Made by a program: the position numbers and the translations under genes. This document shows positions 10,042 to 19,192 of a DNA stretch of 64,000 bases, one piece after another (positions within the stretch are counted from its first letter, which is position 1; the number at the start of each line of letters is the position of its first letter). The DNA comes from an uncultured bacterium (GTDB lineage Bacteria; Poribacteria; WGA-4E; WGA-3G): NCBI GenBank assembly GCA_964652195.1, contig CAZZBB010000068.1, positions 102,398 to 166,397 on the forward strand. Reading direction: 5' to 3'. A model generated the notes under the pieces. That model ran no database searches, was not told where the DNA came from, and saw nothing but the letters and a program-made list of their open reading frames with translations.

Positions 10042-10973
10042 GCAGCCGGATTCACTTCTGGTTCACCAATTGTGTTCCGAAGTATACCGATATTTTCTAC
10101 TTCAAGCTCAATCACATCACCGGGTTTTATCCATCTATCAAGTTCCCAACCACATCCCATACCCACAGTTCCTGAACCTAAGAATTCACCTGGAAAGATA
10201 GTCTCTGACTGGGATACAAATGAAATCATTTCTGCAAATGAATAGTACATATCTGCAGTAGTTCCCTCAGACCAGAGTTCTCCATTTACTTTTGCAGTCA
10301 TTTTCAGGTTATATGGATCACCGATATCCTCTGGTGATACAAGACAGGGCCCCATTATATTACTATTATCAAAGTCCTTACCTTTAGCTGGACCGAGAGA
10401 TAGTGTCATATGGCGAAATTGTATATCCCGTGCACTGACATCATTGAAGATCGTGAATCCTGCGATGTAATCATGAGCTTCCTCTATAGGTATATTCTTA
10501 CCCGTTTTGCCTATATAAACACCCCATTCAAGTTCAAAATCCAGCTTTTCTGTATAGTTTGGCCATGTAACAATCGCCTCGTGTCCAGCAATTGACCCAG
10601 GACTTGCACTTCCCCGATAGTAGTTAGGGAGTTTATACCATTCTTCCGAAATTGGTTTTCCGGTGATTCGGGATGCTGCATCCATATGCGTTTTGAATAC
10701 ACCGAAATCTCTTAAACTTGTAGGTCGTGGAAATGGCGCAAGGAGTTCAATATCACTAATACTGAATACAGACTCAGCAACATCTGATCCTTCATCAATT
10801 TGTTTTTGAATTGTAACAATACGTTTTTGTGTATCCTCACTTAGATTTTGTTCAAAAAATTCGGTCATATCTGATGTATCTAAATTTAGATCTACAATTC
10901 GTTCACCATCAATTAACGCACCAATTCTGGTATGTTGGTCATGAGATGCCAATTTAAATGAGACAAGTTTCAC
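10023..10973 (-). CDS. Fumarylacetoacetate hydrolase (FAH) family protein
   Basis: 316 aa with FAH-fold C-terminal domain motifs (GDVIELEVENIG...). Overlaps the SDR gene by 19 nt, consistent with an operon. Confidence 0.75.
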   Translation of the reverse strand: MKLVSFKLASHDQHTRIGALIDGERIVDLNLDTSDMTEFFEQNLSEDTQKRIVTIQKQIDEGSDVAESVFSISDIELLAPFPRPTSLRDFGVFKTHMDAASRITGKPISEEWYKLPNYYRGSASPGSIAGHEAIVTWPNYTEKLDFELEWGVYIGKTGKNIPIEEAHDYIAGFTIFNDVSARDIQFRHMTLSLGPAKGKDFDNSNIMGPCLVSPEDIGDPYNLKMTAKVNGELWSEGTTADMYYSFAEMISFVSQSETIFPGEFLGSGTVGMGCGWELDRWIKPGDVIELEVENIGILRNTIGEPEVNPAAWKEKV

Positions 10974-11125
10974 AAGTTTTTCTCCTTTTTAGCTATGTAT
11001 TTTATATCATAGATAGAATCTAAAATCAATTTTAAATACAACGATAATATCGTTGTACGGTTTTGCATTTACTATACGAATTATTGAAAATAAATAGAAT
11101 TAATCTAATACCATTTCTAATTGAT

Positions 11126-11157
11126 AATATAACATTATTCGAATATAACATTATTCG
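11126..11157. repeat. Tandem 16-bp direct repeat AATATAACATTATTCG x2
   Basis: Read directly from the sequence. Confidence 0.8.
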
Positions 11158-11165
11158 GTAGTTCC

Positions 11166-11263
11166 GGTAGAGGCATGAAACCCGATAGGATTGACCCAAT
11201 CAACACGTGTCCAAATCAACGCCAAATGCGCGTATGGCATTTGGCGGGTTTCGTACCTCTACC
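11166..11263. repeat. Highly structured ~98-nt element: a 19-bp imperfect outer inverted repeat (GGTAGAGGCATGAAACCCG / CGGGTTTCGTACCTCTACC) enclosing inner hairpins (GCCAAATGC-gcgtat-GGCATTTGGC; GATTG-acc-CAATC; ACACGTGT). Candidate small ncRNA or MITE.
   Basis: Nested inverted repeats read from the sequence. Flanked by 'TTCCG' and 'CCTACGA' motifs shared with other intergenic repeats. Confidence 0.45.
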
Positions 11264-11340
11264 CGACCTACGAAGAATGGCAGAATAATAAATAGAATTG
11301 GTATAAGTTTATATTTCTGGTAATAACTCTCTATAAAGAA

Positions 11341-11376
11341 AAAGCGTATCTCCCTTACGGGAGATACGCTTTTTCT
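11341..11376. terminator. Bidirectional rho-independent terminator (11-bp stem GCGTATCTCCC/GGGAGATACGC, loop TTAC, T-runs on both sides)
   Basis: Perfect hairpin with flanking A/T runs, immediately downstream of the minus-strand gene ending at 11410. Confidence 0.7.
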
Positions 11377-11409
11377 ATCAAATGATTTACTTGGATGGAA
11401 TGATTGACA

Positions 11410-12225
11410 TTACCAAGCAGCTTTAAGTGTACCCCATGTCGTTGATGTTTTTCCATTTGGTTCAACTGGGGTAGCTACGTCATCTTGCATTGAAATGAAA
11501 CTGATCATTTCAATTAAAACTTGACCGCGTGGCAAGTCGCCTCTATTTGGTTCTTGCATGCAGATTCCAACACGACCACTGCTATCATTCAACTTAATGA
11601 TACCTGGATCGAAGAAGTCAGCACCGTTATCACCGAATTTCACTTCAACACTCCATGGGTCAACAATCTGATTAGCCTTAAATGGACGTTCAGATGTAAA
11701 ATTCACCAACGCTGGTGTATATTTCTTTCCATCATCAGTAGGTGTAATAGCAGTACCACCACCCCACATATCAGCATTGATATTAATGATGGTCTTCAAA
11801 CCACTATCACCATTGCCACCATCTGCAGAAACATAGAATGCATAGTCAGCACAATTAAGGATGATATTTCCACCGTAGAGGAAACGTTCTGCAATTGAAT
11901 CATCAACCTGTGAATTCCCGGGTGTATATAGTGTTGTAGGGAACCAGCCAAAAACAATGATGATGTCTGCCTTACCATCATCAATTCTATCTTCTGCCCA
12001 AGGACCAATTTCTGCATCGGTTTTATAGACAACATCACCAACAGAAGACACTTCGTTTTTCAAATTGTCAAATACAATAGCACGCTGAATGTCAGCATTA
12101 TCTTTTGAAATCCATCCTGCGGCTTCACTAAAGATAGCAACATCACCAAGTCCTGCCCAACTGGAAGTAGTAGCGACGAAAACAAAAAGGATGGAAAACG
12201 CAAATATCAATTTTCTCATATTCAT
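11410..12225 (-). CDS. Secreted hypothetical protein (paralog A of a tandem pair); C-terminal 'TTWGTLKAAW' motif
   Basis: Signal peptide 'MRKLIFAFSILFVFVATTSSWA'. About 55% identity to the adjacent paralog over ~200 aa. The ORF-track N-terminal extension is probably spurious. Confidence 0.5.
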   Translation of the reverse strand: MNMRKLIFAFSILFVFVATTSSWAGLGDVAIFSEAAGWISKDNADIQRAIVFDNLKNEVSSVGDVVYKTDAEIGPWAEDRIDDGKADIIIVFGWFPTTLYTPGNSQVDDSIAERFLYGGNIILNCADYAFYVSADGGNGDSGLKTIININADMWGGGTAITPTDDGKKYTPALVNFTSERPFKANQIVDPWSVEVKFGDNGADFFDPGIIKLNDSSGRVGICMQEPNRGDLPRGQVLIEMISFISMQDDVATPVEPNGKTSTTWGTLKAAW

Positions 12226-12309
12226 TAAGTCTCCTTTGAAAGGAAATTCGAGTATTATAATACGAGAATATATTGTATCATCATGATGATTCATATATTC
12301 TATTTCCAA

Positions 12310-13128
12310 TTAAAAATCAGATTTTAAATGTCCCCATGTGGTTGTAGCTTTCTGTTGCGGATCAACAGCTTGAGCACCAAGTACTTCAAAAAGGAAATTA
12401 TCTATCATCTCTGCTAATACCTTACCTCGTGGGAGTGCATCATTACCAGGTGCTTGGTAAAGGATTCCTATGCGGCCATCGGTTTCGGTATCGTGAACAA
12501 TTGCAGGATCGAGAAAGCCTGATCCATTGTCACCAAAAGCCACTTCAACTTCCCAAGGATCAACAATCTGGGCAGTCTTGAAGGGGCGCGCTGTAGTGAA
12601 GGCAGCGAGAGTTGGTGTATATTTTTCACCATCGGCTGTTGGTTTAATAGCGGTATTGTCTCCCCACATGTCAGCATTTATATCCATCATATTTTTCAAG
12701 CCATTCTCACCGTTGGTCCCAGCACCTTCTACCACATAAAAAATATAATCTGCAGTATTGAGGAAGACATTTCCGCCTTCAAGAAAATTTTCTGCAATAG
12801 AGCCATCAGGCTTAGCATTACCTGGTGGGTAAAGTGCTGCTGGGAAGTCGCCAAAAGTGACGATAATATCAGCTAAACCGTTATCAGTATGTTTTTCTGC
12901 CCAATCTCCTATCTCTTGGTCATTTAAGTTAACAACCTTTGAAGGTTTCTTTAGCAGGTCAGCTAATTCTTTACCTTCTGCAACTGCGGCAGCAAGCCCC
13001 ATCCAGCCAGCTCGTTGGGTATAAATTGCTACTTCCCCAAGTGGTAACGCTATACTTGGCACTGGAGTAGTTAATAGAGTAAGAGAATACCCTATGATGA
13101 TAGCCATAATAAATATCATTTTTTTCAT
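12310..13128 (-). CDS. Secreted hypothetical protein (paralog B); C-terminal 'TTTWGHLKSDF' motif
   Basis: Signal peptide 'MKKMIFIMAIIIGYSLTLLTTPVPSIA'. Paralogous to 11410..12225. Confidence 0.5.
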   Translation of the reverse strand: MKKMIFIMAIIIGYSLTLLTTPVPSIALPLGEVAIYTQRAGWMGLAAAVAEGKELADLLKKPSKVVNLNDQEIGDWAEKHTDNGLADIIVTFGDFPAALYPPGNAKPDGSIAENFLEGGNVFLNTADYIFYVVEGAGTNGENGLKNMMDINADMWGDNTAIKPTADGEKYTPTLAAFTTARPFKTAQIVDPWEVEVAFGDNGSGFLDPAIVHDTETDGRIGILYQAPGNDALPRGKVLAEMIDNFLFEVLGAQAVDPQQKATTTWGHLKSDF

Positions 13129-13448
13129 TCTATACTCCTTTATTAATTGGATTTTTTTGACTTCCTATGTTAATGAATGATACTAACATAGTTATTCGTT
13201 AATTTAATTCTGTATACGGTAAGTCTGACATTAAGGGTTAATCTTTAGAATAACACTAAAATATCGAATGAAATTCTACTATCTTCAATATTTCTACATC
13301 TGACTTCTGATAGAATGATCTAAATCTAATTTAGATATTATCTATGATTACCTCTATGATTGTATCAATTTATGCAAATAATGTCAAATAATTACTAATC
13401 ATAGTTATCACTATATAGTCACCCCTAAATTCCTTATATCTCATTGGT

Positions 13449-13574
13449 ATATAATACCATTTGTATTATATTTTCCTTCATTACCGACTATTAGAAATGA
13501 AACCGTGAACGGAAACCCAAACTGAAAGTTTATGCTAAAATAAAGGCGCATTTTCAATTAGAATTGGTATAATA
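13449..13574. mobile_element. MITE-like 126-bp element, copy 1, with ~10-bp terminal inverted repeats (TATAATACCA ... TGGTATAATA)
   Basis: About 85% identical to the second copy at 60591..60700. The terminal inverted repeats were read from the sequence. Confidence 0.5.
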
Positions 13575-13577
13575 TTT

Positions 13578-13901
13578 ACTATAGTTTGGACAATTTTCGT
13601 AATTTCTTTAACAACTGTATACATACACCTTCCGCACCGCTGGTGCTCGGTTACTTGGGGCATTTACGTTTCTACACACATTCCGCACCGCTGGTGCTGC
13701 CGATTTAGTCAATAGCAATCTTTTTCGGCAGGTATCAGGTTGTGGTTTAACTCATCAATTAATAAGTTCTTATCAAACAACAGTCTGGTGAATGCTATCT
13801 AACATTAAATCCTAAGCACCAGAAGTGAGGGATGTGTCTCAACAGAAAGAATGGACTTTCAAGTCTCTGTTTAATTCTTAAAACTGTCCAAACTATAGTA
13901 T
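13578..13901. repeat. 324-bp segment bounded by 22-bp inverted repeats (TACTATAGTTTGGACA[A/G]TTTT). Contains two copies of the hairpin repeat ACACnTTCCGCACCGCTGGTGCT.
   Basis: Left inverted repeat 13578-13599, right inverted repeat 13880-13901 (21/22 match). Could be an invertible segment or a non-autonomous element. Confidence 0.5.
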
Positions 13902-13946
13902 ACTCAAAATAATTCATAATTCTACATACTGATGATATAGGATGGG

Positions 13947-14795
13947 TTAATAAGATTTTGCACAACGAAATCCAACAGAACTACTATGGTCACTACATTG
14001 TGCGGGGTAGATATAGAATACTGTGGTACGGGTATCACCGTGACCATTTGTCCATGATCCTCCACGAATCGAGTAGACTATTCCATTTGTAATGTTGTTT
14101 TTTTCATTTGCAAGATCTATCAATTTATTATTATTTATAGTTGTTATTACCCATTCCCAAACATTACCTGCCATATCATGTATTCCAAATGGACTCACGC
14201 CCTTAGGATAACTACCGATAGAAGCAGTCTGTAATGCATACCCATCCAATTTTCCATCCATGTTACCATTATCATCAAAGTTTCCAAAAGACGTATTGTA
14301 CTCATTTCCCCATGGATACAGATGACCATCTATCCCTCTTGCGGCTTTTTCCCATTCTATATCGGTTGGTAATCTCTTACCCGCCCAATTTGCATAGGAC
14401 TCAGCATCATCCCAGTTAACACCTACAACAGGTTGATTCTGTGCATTTAGATTTGGATTCTCCCAAAACTTTGGTTTACGGTGTCCTGTATCTAAGAGGA
14501 ATTCCATGTACTGACCATTGGTGACTTCATACTTATCAATATAGAATGATTTAACGAAAACAGTTTGTTGATCGACTTCATTCCCGAAGGAATCCTCTGT
14601 TTTCTCATCAATTCCTATTGTAACTTCACCTGCTGGAATGAAGACCATTTCCTCTGTGTTTATGATTGAATCTTCATTGAACAAATTAGTCTCAGTGAAT
14701 GAGTCTGGAGAATCTTCACTGTTACAACCAATAAAGACTATATACAATATAAAGATAGAAATAAAATAGATGTAACTAAAAATTAAAAATCTCAT
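13947..14795 (-). CDS. Formylglycine-generating enzyme (FGE/SUMF1) family protein, secreted or lipoprotein
   Basis: 282 aa with an N-terminal signal/TM segment. The C-terminal 'RGGSW...C......VGFRCA' with two Cys is typical of the FGE-sulfatase domain. Confidence 0.75.
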   Translation of the reverse strand: MRFLIFSYIYFISIFILYIVFIGCNSEDSPDSFTETNLFNEDSIINTEEMVFIPAGEVTIGIDEKTEDSFGNEVDQQTVFVKSFYIDKYEVTNGQYMEFLLDTGHRKPKFWENPNLNAQNQPVVGVNWDDAESYANWAGKRLPTDIEWEKAARGIDGHLYPWGNEYNTSFGNFDDNGNMDGKLDGYALQTASIGSYPKGVSPFGIHDMAGNVWEWVITTINNNKLIDLANEKNNITNGIVYSIRGGSWTNGHGDTRTTVFYIYPAQCSDHSSSVGFRCAKSY

Positions 14796-14852
14796 ATCAT
14801 TAGTTAAATTTAATCTAAATTAATGACATTAAACTATACTACAAACCTAACT

Positions 14853-16148
14853 TTATTCTGGTAGTTTAGGTTTTTGTAGAAGATGTTCAGGAGGTAATTC
14901 ACCCGTTAATGTTAGTAGAAATTCGACTAAATCACTCATTTCTTGTTCTGTTAGAATACCTGAATTGCGAGTAGATTCAGCTACCCCTACATATTCTGCT
15001 GTTGTAACATCATTTCTATTGAAACTCAGAATGGATTTCAATGTAGGAAAATCTCCAGTATGCATGTATGGAGCTGTTAGAGCCACATTTCTCAATGTTG
15101 GCGTTTTAAATTGCCCATCAGTATCAATTGTTCCTGACAATGAGTCAAGAACCAATTTTGGTATATCCGTATTATCACTATATATACCAAGTCCATTAAA
15201 TGGGTTCTCTAAGAGTTTTTTGATCCCATCAGATCTGCCATAATCTAATGGGAGATTCCCTTGAGGAAGACCGACATTGTGGAATCTATTGTCACTAAAA
15301 GTTGGTCCGTTATGGCATTGAATACAACTTCCTTGTCTAATAAAAACCTTTAGTCCCTGTTTAGCATCAATTCCAATTGCGTTGACATCCCCGGCTACAT
15401 ATTGGTCAAATGGTGAATTTCGACTGATTAATAGTCTTTCGTATGCTTCGATTGCTTTACCTATATTAGCAAGGATTGTATTGATTGCAATTTTATCAGC
15501 TTCTGACATATTATCAAACTGATAATCTCCTGGTTTACCATCTTTAGGAAAACGATTTGTATTAGTTAAATCTGGTAAAGACCCGAAAACTGATTCATAA
15601 TCTTCCTTATAGTGTTTATAGACTAAATGTGAAAACTGCAGACGATTACCAGCTTGCTCCTTCTCACCTTCTAATGCAAATATAGTTTGTGCCCAAAGTG
15701 AATCTGCACGTCCATCCCAAAATTGCCAATTATTGTATGCTGCATTTAATAATGTTGGAGCATTTCTGGTCCCCCTTCCGTTTCCTAATGATGTTGCCTC
15801 AATATCAGCAAATCCATGAAATGGAGAATGACATGTGGCACAAGCCACAGTTGCGTCTTTTGAGAATCTTTCATCAAAGAAAAACATCTGTCCTAACTTC
15901 GATGCTTTAGCGTTATCCGCAACTCGGTTTGTAGGACTGGGTGGTGGGTTATCAGGTAGTGGAGAGAGACTTTTAATTAGATCCCACTCACTTATCGTAA
16001 ATATGTCATCAATTGGTTTTGTACTTTCAGTTAATGGTAATGATCCATCATCTCCACAACTGATAATTAATATTGATATGCAGCAAATAAAATATAATAT
16101 AGTATTGCGACTATACTGCATATGTCTCAATAATGTATAATAGGGCAT
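14853..16148 (-). CDS. Di-haem cytochrome c peroxidase (CCP/MauG family), lipoprotein-like
   Basis: Two CxxCH motifs (CATCH, CIQCH). Contains the 'TPTLRNVALTAPYMHTG' and 'F...G.P' CCP signatures. Confidence 0.85.
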   Translation of the reverse strand: MPYYTLLRHMQYSRNTILYFICCISILIISCGDDGSLPLTESTKPIDDIFTISEWDLIKSLSPLPDNPPPSPTNRVADNAKASKLGQMFFFDERFSKDATVACATCHSPFHGFADIEATSLGNGRGTRNAPTLLNAAYNNWQFWDGRADSLWAQTIFALEGEKEQAGNRLQFSHLVYKHYKEDYESVFGSLPDLTNTNRFPKDGKPGDYQFDNMSEADKIAINTILANIGKAIEAYERLLISRNSPFDQYVAGDVNAIGIDAKQGLKVFIRQGSCIQCHNGPTFSDNRFHNVGLPQGNLPLDYGRSDGIKKLLENPFNGLGIYSDNTDIPKLVLDSLSGTIDTDGQFKTPTLRNVALTAPYMHTGDFPTLKSILSFNRNDVTTAEYVGVAESTRNSGILTEQEMSDLVEFLLTLTGELPPEHLLQKPKLPE

Positions 16149-16500
16149 TATATCCTCATTTCATAAGTTGTAGTGATTAGGCAATTTGTATTCTTCTATT
16201 CATACTTTAATTTAGTATTATCTCTATGTACTAAATTGAGATATGAAGTCTTATCACAAGAATTAAAAATAATATATGATGATTGTAATATGACGATTGT
16301 AATTACCTAATTCCCTATATGACTGTATATTGTTCCTAATAGAATCTATTTAAAATATGGTAGAACTCAATACATTTTTTTATACCGTAAACTCCCAGTT
16401 TGCGTCATACTAATGCACAAACTAACAGAATGAGTTACAAAGTATCAACTTGGGTGATGTTGATTTCAGAATGTTGTTTTTTGCATAGACCGACTCCTTT

Positions 16501-17493
16501 CTATTCTTTAGTTAGGTTTTCAGCCGTAAGAGATAGAAATAGTTCTTCTAAACTCATTTCGTTAGTATACATCTCTAATAACTTCCAGTCATGTTCAACT
16601 ATAGTTTTTGCGATTTCTGAACGAATATCTTTATCAGTACTATAGCGGATATTATATGTATTTCTTAATTTTTCAATTGAATCTTCTGCCTTAATCACAT
16701 CAGGTATATTTCTAAGAGTCGATAATATTTCGTCATTTGCTGCCCCTGTAACCACGAGTGTTAATGTCTTCTCGATAACCTTATTCTGATCAGATGAGAA
16801 ATTCCCATCAGTGTTTTTTTCTGTTTCTGTGAATGCACGTCCATTTGATAGTTCTATATCACCAGTAATTTGTCCATTACTAATAACCAATAACCGTTCA
16901 CAAGTATTCCTCGCTTCAGGAAGTATATGTGTACTAAAGAGTATCGTTCGATCCTGACCAAGGCTTTTTATTAAATCCCGTATTTCCACAATTTGTCGAG
17001 GATCTAACCCGGATGTAGGTTCGTCAAGGATTAACACCTCTGGGTCATGGACTAAGGCTTGTGCCAAACCAACCCGTTGTCTGTATCCTCGTGAGAGTTG
17101 ACCGATGATCTGATTTCGTCGTTCAATTAATCCGCATGATTCTATAACCGAATCTAATCGTTTCCTAAGCTGCTTCCGTGGTACATTTCGTATTTTTGCC
17201 ATGTATGATAAATATTTTGTTACGGTCATTTCGGTGTAGAGAGGTATGTTCTCTGGTAGGTAGCCAATTCGATCTCTTACTTGTTTAGATTCTTTAAAGA
17301 CATCGTATCCAGCTACTGAAACCTTTCCACTACTCGCAGGCATAAAACAGGTGAGTATGCGCATTGTGGTAGTTTTACCTGCACCATTTGGACCAAGAAA
17401 TCCTACTATTTGTCCCTTTTCTACAGAAAATGATATATCATTCAACGCTTGAAAAGAACCATAGTTTTTGCAGAGGTTTTGTACTTCAATCAT
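16501..17493 (-). CDS. ABC transporter ATP-binding protein (ABC-2/GldA-like) with a C-terminal extension; no adjacent permease
   Basis: Walker A GPNGAGKTTT, signature LSRGYRQRV, Walker B LILDEPTSGLD. Confidence 0.8.
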   Translation of the reverse strand: MIEVQNLCKNYGSFQALNDISFSVEKGQIVGFLGPNGAGKTTTMRILTCFMPASSGKVSVAGYDVFKESKQVRDRIGYLPENIPLYTEMTVTKYLSYMAKIRNVPRKQLRKRLDSVIESCGLIERRNQIIGQLSRGYRQRVGLAQALVHDPEVLILDEPTSGLDPRQIVEIRDLIKSLGQDRTILFSTHILPEARNTCERLLVISNGQITGDIELSNGRAFTETEKNTDGNFSSDQNKVIEKTLTLVVTGAANDEILSTLRNIPDVIKAEDSIEKLRNTYNIRYSTDKDIRSEIAKTIVEHDWKLLEMYTNEMSLEELFLSLTAENLTKE

Positions 17494-17560
17494 TTATATT
17501 GTGGGGTGTTGATGAAAGAATCTACATCATCAAAGAATGAATACAATTATAGGATTATCC

Positions 17561-18454
17561 CTAATTGTTATCTTGGTTGTTTATTCGTGTGATCGTAAAT
17601 TCCTGATCTCTTTGCCTGCCAGACAAATACGGGTTATTGTCTGGGTTAACAGCCTCTGAATCTGCATAGACCTCAGGTAAATCAACTGGAACCGACACTA
17701 CCTCAACTCTATCAGGATATACAAAGACCTGTCGCCACATCATCGGATAACATATTACACCGGATGTAATGATACATAATAGACCTTGTTCTCTAAATAC
17801 CCGGTTTAAATGTAGGTGGCCACAAAAGAATCCTATAATTTGTCGTTCAAATGGAGCGACGACTTCAAGAATCTCTGCAGAATTTGCGATTCTTGAACCC
17901 ACCCCTTGAAATTCCACGCTTGGGAAGGGGAGTTGGTGGGTAAAGATGATGATTTCTTCTCCATAATCAGCAGCTTTTTTTAGTTCACGTTCCACCCAGG
18001 CAAGCTGATTTGTACTGACATAACCGTGTGTAAGATCTTCTGGAACTTCTTGGGTATCCATTAATATAAACCTAACGTTGTCTTTCGCGAAACTTGTTGA
18101 ACCCATGTTGTTGATACCGAAACATTCAAGATATGAAACTTTTGAACCAGTCTCTGGATCAAGATCGTGATTTCCAGGTATATAATAAATTGGAGCAGTT
18201 AGTTTTTCCCCAAGTGAATGTGCGGTTTTGAGAGCTTCTATATATTTTTCCGAGGACATATCAAAACTATTCCCACCACAAACAATATCTCCCCCATGAA
18301 CGACGAATGCAGGATCAAAGTCATTTATCTGTTCAATAACTCTTTCATAAAGAGCGAGACTGTTCATCTGTTGCTGCAATCCACCTGCAAAGTTCTGTGG
18401 AGCATTTGGATAGAGATGTGTATCCGTAATAAAAGCGAATTTAAGAGGTGTCAT
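17561..18454 (-). CDS. Metallophosphoesterase (calcineurin-like)
   Basis: Motifs GDIVCGG, GNHD and GHLH. Confidence 0.7.
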   Translation of the reverse strand: MTPLKFAFITDTHLYPNAPQNFAGGLQQQMNSLALYERVIEQINDFDPAFVVHGGDIVCGGNSFDMSSEKYIEALKTAHSLGEKLTAPIYYIPGNHDLDPETGSKVSYLECFGINNMGSTSFAKDNVRFILMDTQEVPEDLTHGYVSTNQLAWVERELKKAADYGEEIIIFTHQLPFPSVEFQGVGSRIANSAEILEVVAPFERQIIGFFCGHLHLNRVFREQGLLCIITSGVICYPMMWRQVFVYPDRVEVVSVPVDLPEVYADSEAVNPDNNPYLSGRQRDQEFTITRINNQDNN

Positions 18455-19191
18455 AAATTAGCTCGTTTTCCTAAAATCATAATATAACTGGGTTTGTCTG
18501 AGTCAATATAGTGTTCAACTGTCCAATCGGTATCAACAAGTATATCTTCCAGTTCAGATTTTGAGACGAATAGGTAGTCGAACCATGGTGTAGCATATTG
18601 TTTGTATCGTATACGAATTCTCAGTTGTCCACTCATTCTGTCCCGTTCTCTATTAGATTGATGATATGCAAGATGTGTAAGGTCTTCTGTTTGGTATGGG
18701 TCCATTGTCTCAGCCACAATCTTACCATCTTCTGTTGTCATACCAGCAAATCGCTTCAATAACCATTTTGCTCTCTTATAACTGGCAAATAATCCGAAAT
18801 TGTGTCCCATCATGGTTATCGTGTTGAACGTACCGAACTTGGTATTGAGTTGGGTAATCGGTACAAGTATAGCGTTTTTGACATCTCTCTTTTTACAGAC
18901 TTGAATTGCTAGTGGCGAATTGTCGGTTGCCAAGACATCATGTCCTTTTTTTTGAAGATAGAGAGCGTGTCTTCCAGCACCGCAGCCGATATCTAAGATC
19001 CTTCCTGAAGTATATTCCATAGCAAGTTTCTGATGTTCTGCCCACTCAGGATATTCTGAAAAATAGGTGAGTGCTCCCATACGACTTGTGGTAATGTAAC
19101 CGTCATCTCGTTCAACGATTTCAAGGTTTTGTATTCCATTCAGGTAATCGTAAAGGATGTGTCCATAAGCATCCTGTTTGTCTGTTAACAT
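18451..19191 (-). CDS. Class I SAM-dependent methyltransferase
   Basis: Motif I 'LDIGCGAGRHALYL'. Overlaps the downstream gene by 4 nt. Confidence 0.65.
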   Translation of the reverse strand: MLTDKQDAYGHILYDYLNGIQNLEIVERDDGYITTSRMGALTYFSEYPEWAEHQKLAMEYTSGRILDIGCGAGRHALYLQKKGHDVLATDNSPLAIQVCKKRDVKNAILVPITQLNTKFGTFNTITMMGHNFGLFASYKRAKWLLKRFAGMTTEDGKIVAETMDPYQTEDLTHLAYHQSNRERDRMSGQLRIRIRYKQYATPWFDYLFVSKSELEDILVDTDWTVEHYIDSDKPSYIMILGKRANL

Positions 19192-19192
19192 A

